The translations under genes were made by a program, and so were the position numbers. Shown here in pieces: positions 61,855 to 64,000 of a stretch of 64,000 nt of DNA. Position 1 is the stretch's first letter. Each line of letters opens with the position of its first letter. This DNA is from an uncultured Gemmatimonadales bacterium (GTDB lineage Bacteria; Gemmatimonadota; Gemmatimonadetes; Gemmatimonadales; Gemmatimonadaceae): assembly GCA_963701965.1 (NCBI GenBank), contig OY969695.1, positions 2,784,001 to 2,848,000 on the forward strand, read 5' to 3'. The notes under the pieces are model-generated. The model was not told where the DNA came from. It worked only from the letters and a program-made list of their open reading frames with translations, and ran no database searches.

Positions 61855-63287
61855 GTTGGAGAACCGATTTTGCCCGTGTACGCCAGCGGGAGGATCTCAG
61901 CGGTCGACACGCTGATGAGATCGAGGCGATTCGTTACGGCGTTCCGGGCGATGATGAACTGACCATCCGGCGACCAGTCGAACTGCGCGCCGTAGATGGA
62001 TGTCGGCGTCAGCACCGTCTGGCCGGAGCCGTCCGTATGCACGATACCGATATGGAAGGCGTCGGATGCGTAGGCGATGAGATCGGACTTGGGCGACCAT
62101 TGCGCCGCTTCCGCATTCACGCCGATCTCGAAGTCGGTTTGCGACGCCAGGGTGAGGATATGAATGTGGTTGCCGCCCGCCGCCACGTAGGAGAGCTGCT
62201 GACCGTTCGGCGAGGGACTCGGGAAGGTGAAGCCGTTTGGCAAGGACGGGAACGGCTGCACGGCCGCGTCGCCGGTGCTATTGGGATGCACTTGCCACAG
62301 CGCGTTGCTCTTCCAGTAGTAGATGAGAGAGCCGTCCCGACGATAGGCGGGCCAGGCGTCGATCTGCGACGCGAGGGCCTTGTCCAACACCGACACCGTC
62401 CCATCGAGGGTGGCGCTCGCCAGTTGATTCGAGCCGCCATCCAGTCCGCCCGGTACTTGATCGAATACGACGCTGGTGCCGGACGGCGCCCACTTGACCG
62501 TACCGGCCAATGTTGGCGTGATAATCCGGTACCCGGAACCATCGAGATTGAACATCGCGATGCCGCCGCTGTCGTCGACGGCGCCGGCGATCAAACCCTT
62601 CGGGACTACCGAAACGAATGACGTGTCACGGAACGTCCCACTGGCGCTCGCGATCGAGACACGACCGACACCGGTGGCCGTGACCGTGCTTCCGGAGACG
62701 CTGGCCGGGCCCGATATGATCGAGAAGGTGACCGGATCCGATCGCGCGTTGCCGAATCGATCCGTCGCCGCGGCGTGAAGGATCGCCTGTCCGCCTATGA
62801 AGAGCGCCGTGTCGGCTGGGGTGACGGTGATGGCCGCGGCGTTGCCGGCCTTCACCGTGAAGGTCGCGGTGTCGGCGTAGCCGAACGCGGGTACAGTAAC
62901 CTCGACTCGGGCTCTCCCTGTCCGAAATCCGAGGAAGATCGAGGCGTAGGCCTTCCCCTGGGCGTCCGTGGTGTCGACTAGGACGCTCTCCACCAGTGGC
63001 GACAGGAGCGACCCGACGTATGCCTCGTAGGCCGGGCCAATGACGCCGGGCGGAGCAGTGTCGAGGAGAATGCTGCGGAACTCGACGATTTGACCCGCCG
63101 CCGACTGCCCGTCGTGCGGCGCGATCTGAACGATCAAGGCGCGAGCGAGGTCGGCTTGGACGGTGTCGGTTTGTCTGTTCCCGGCAATGAAGCCTACGCC
63201 GCTCGCGCGGGGAGCAGTACTGCCATCGCCGCCGCACGCGATGCCGCCAAGGGCTAGCGAGAGACCCACAAACGGTGCGAAACGCAA
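61845..63287 (-). CDS. Paralogous lipoprotein with Ig-like domains and PD40 propeller
   Basis: Lipobox GIAC, GNRQTDT, WAPSG, WSPDG; start placed at TTG 63287 after GGAG and downstream of the terminator. Confidence 0.78.
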   Translation of the reverse strand: MRFAPFVGLSLALGGIACGGDGSTAPRASGVGFIAGNRQTDTVQADLARALIVQIAPHDGQSAAGQIVEFRSILLDTAPPGVIGPAYEAYVGSLLSPLVESVLVDTTDAQGKAYASIFLGFRTGRARVEVTVPAFGYADTATFTVKAGNAAAITVTPADTALFIGGQAILHAAATDRFGNARSDPVTFSIISGPASVSGSTVTATGVGRVSIASASGTFRDTSFVSVVPKGLIAGAVDDSGGIAMFNLDGSGYRIITPTLAGTVKWAPSGTSVVFDQVPGGLDGGSNQLASATLDGTVSVLDKALASQIDAWPAYRRDGSLIYYWKSNALWQVHPNSTGDAAVQPFPSLPNGFTFPSPSPNGQQLSYVAAGGNHIHILTLASQTDFEIGVNAEAAQWSPKSDLIAYASDAFHIGIVHTDGSGQTVLTPTSIYGAQFDWSPDGQFIIARNAVTNRLDLISVSTAEILPLAYTGKIGSPTWH

Positions 63288-63302
63288 GCGCGAACGCTCC
63301 AA

Positions 63303-63332
63303 TAAAGAAAAACGGGCCCAACAATGGGCCCG
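63303..63332 (-). terminator. Intrinsic terminator downstream of the blaI-like gene
   Basis: CGGGCCCA-4 nt-TGGGCCCG followed by TTTTTCTTTA on the - strand. Confidence 0.7.
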
Positions 63333-63427
63333 CAAACATACGCTTTACCGGATGCGGGCGCGACCATTCGCGCCCGTGCAATCAGATGTTTGGTCTATTA
63401 TTTACAATTCAGTCGCCCTAGAGACCA

Positions 63428-63814
63428 TTAGGCAACCGGGGCATCCTTGAGCCGTTGGTTCAACACACGGCGCATCCGCTGCAGCGTCTTCGGATCATCG
63501 CGCACGTCCTCGACCACGTGGGCGAGGAACATAGCGCCGGACCCGCGGAACATCTTGTGCTTGAGATACCGAATGCTCGACTGCGCCGCCACCTCGCGGC
63601 TGACGCCGGGATGAAAGCGATGCGCCTTTCCCTCGACCGTGTGGGACAAGTAGCCCTTCGCCTCGAGCACGCGTAGCACGGTCAACACCGTGGTGTACGC
63701 CAGACGGTCGCTCAGCCGCACCTGAACCTCGGCGGCCGTCGACGGTCCGTGCTCCCAGAGCACGTTCATGAGATCCAACTCGCGGTCGGTAAACACTACC
63801 TCAGCCAGCTCCAT
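63428..63814 (-). CDS. BlaI/MecI/CopY family repressor
   Basis: RELDLMNVLW, LAYTTVLTVLRVLEAKG; GAGGTG RBS. Confidence 0.9.
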   Translation of the reverse strand: MELAEVVFTDRELDLMNVLWEHGPSTAAEVQVRLSDRLAYTTVLTVLRVLEAKGYLSHTVEGKAHRFHPGVSREVAAQSSIRYLKHKMFRGSGAMFLAHVVEDVRDDPKTLQRMRRVLNQRLKDAPVA

Positions 63815-64000
63815 ATCACCTCTCGCCGTCCATACGTGCCGGACAGCCGTCAAGTTTCACGTCTTTTTCTTTGACGCCGAACGCCAGCAAATGGTTTGCA
63901 GGCTGCATACCCCCGGACGCACGAAAGGTCCTGACGGCAAAACGTCAGGAAATGATCACCGCATGATCAACGCGAGCTATGCGACGCGGTCGCGGGGGGA

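Noticed and set aside
1..64000. CRISPR arrays, IS elements, integrases, rRNA
   Set aside because: No repeat-spacer array, transposase, recombinase or rRNA-like sequence recognised by eye; the lone HNH gene has no mobile-element context.

Overview
GC-rich bacterial chromosomal segment. The gene style (TPR Ser/Thr kinases, Ig/PD40 lipoproteins, BlaI, single pilin) resembles Gemmatimonadota, but that assignment is inference. It carries a hopanoid operon (hpnL-like, one-enzyme squalene synthase, shc, hpnG, hpnA, ispH, hpnH, hpnB-like), LuxR and ada, copCD, LysR-fdhD, an S9 peptidase, a radical SAM repair-family gene, signalling genes, TolC/MFP, ppk2, dsbD, a ~2900-aa cyclic beta-1,2-glucan synthase, transketolase and PD40 lipoproteins. 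The standout is a pair of related tRNA cassettes (11462-11545 on -, 20589-20672 on +). Each has a complete tRNA-Leu body but a non-Leu anticodon (GAC = Val, CGC = Ala) and a divergent anticodon arm. Each also has a conserved leader and, about 55-60 nt downstream and just before a terminator hairpin, a 16-18 nt antisense copy of its own anticodon arm that co-varies with it. This looks like a self-locking, potentially mistranslating tRNA element. Four +1 frameshifts sit at CATC/GATG sites and are probably systematic sequencing errors. Several genes have a -10-like hexamer 5-6 nt before the start codon, suggesting leaderless mRNAs.
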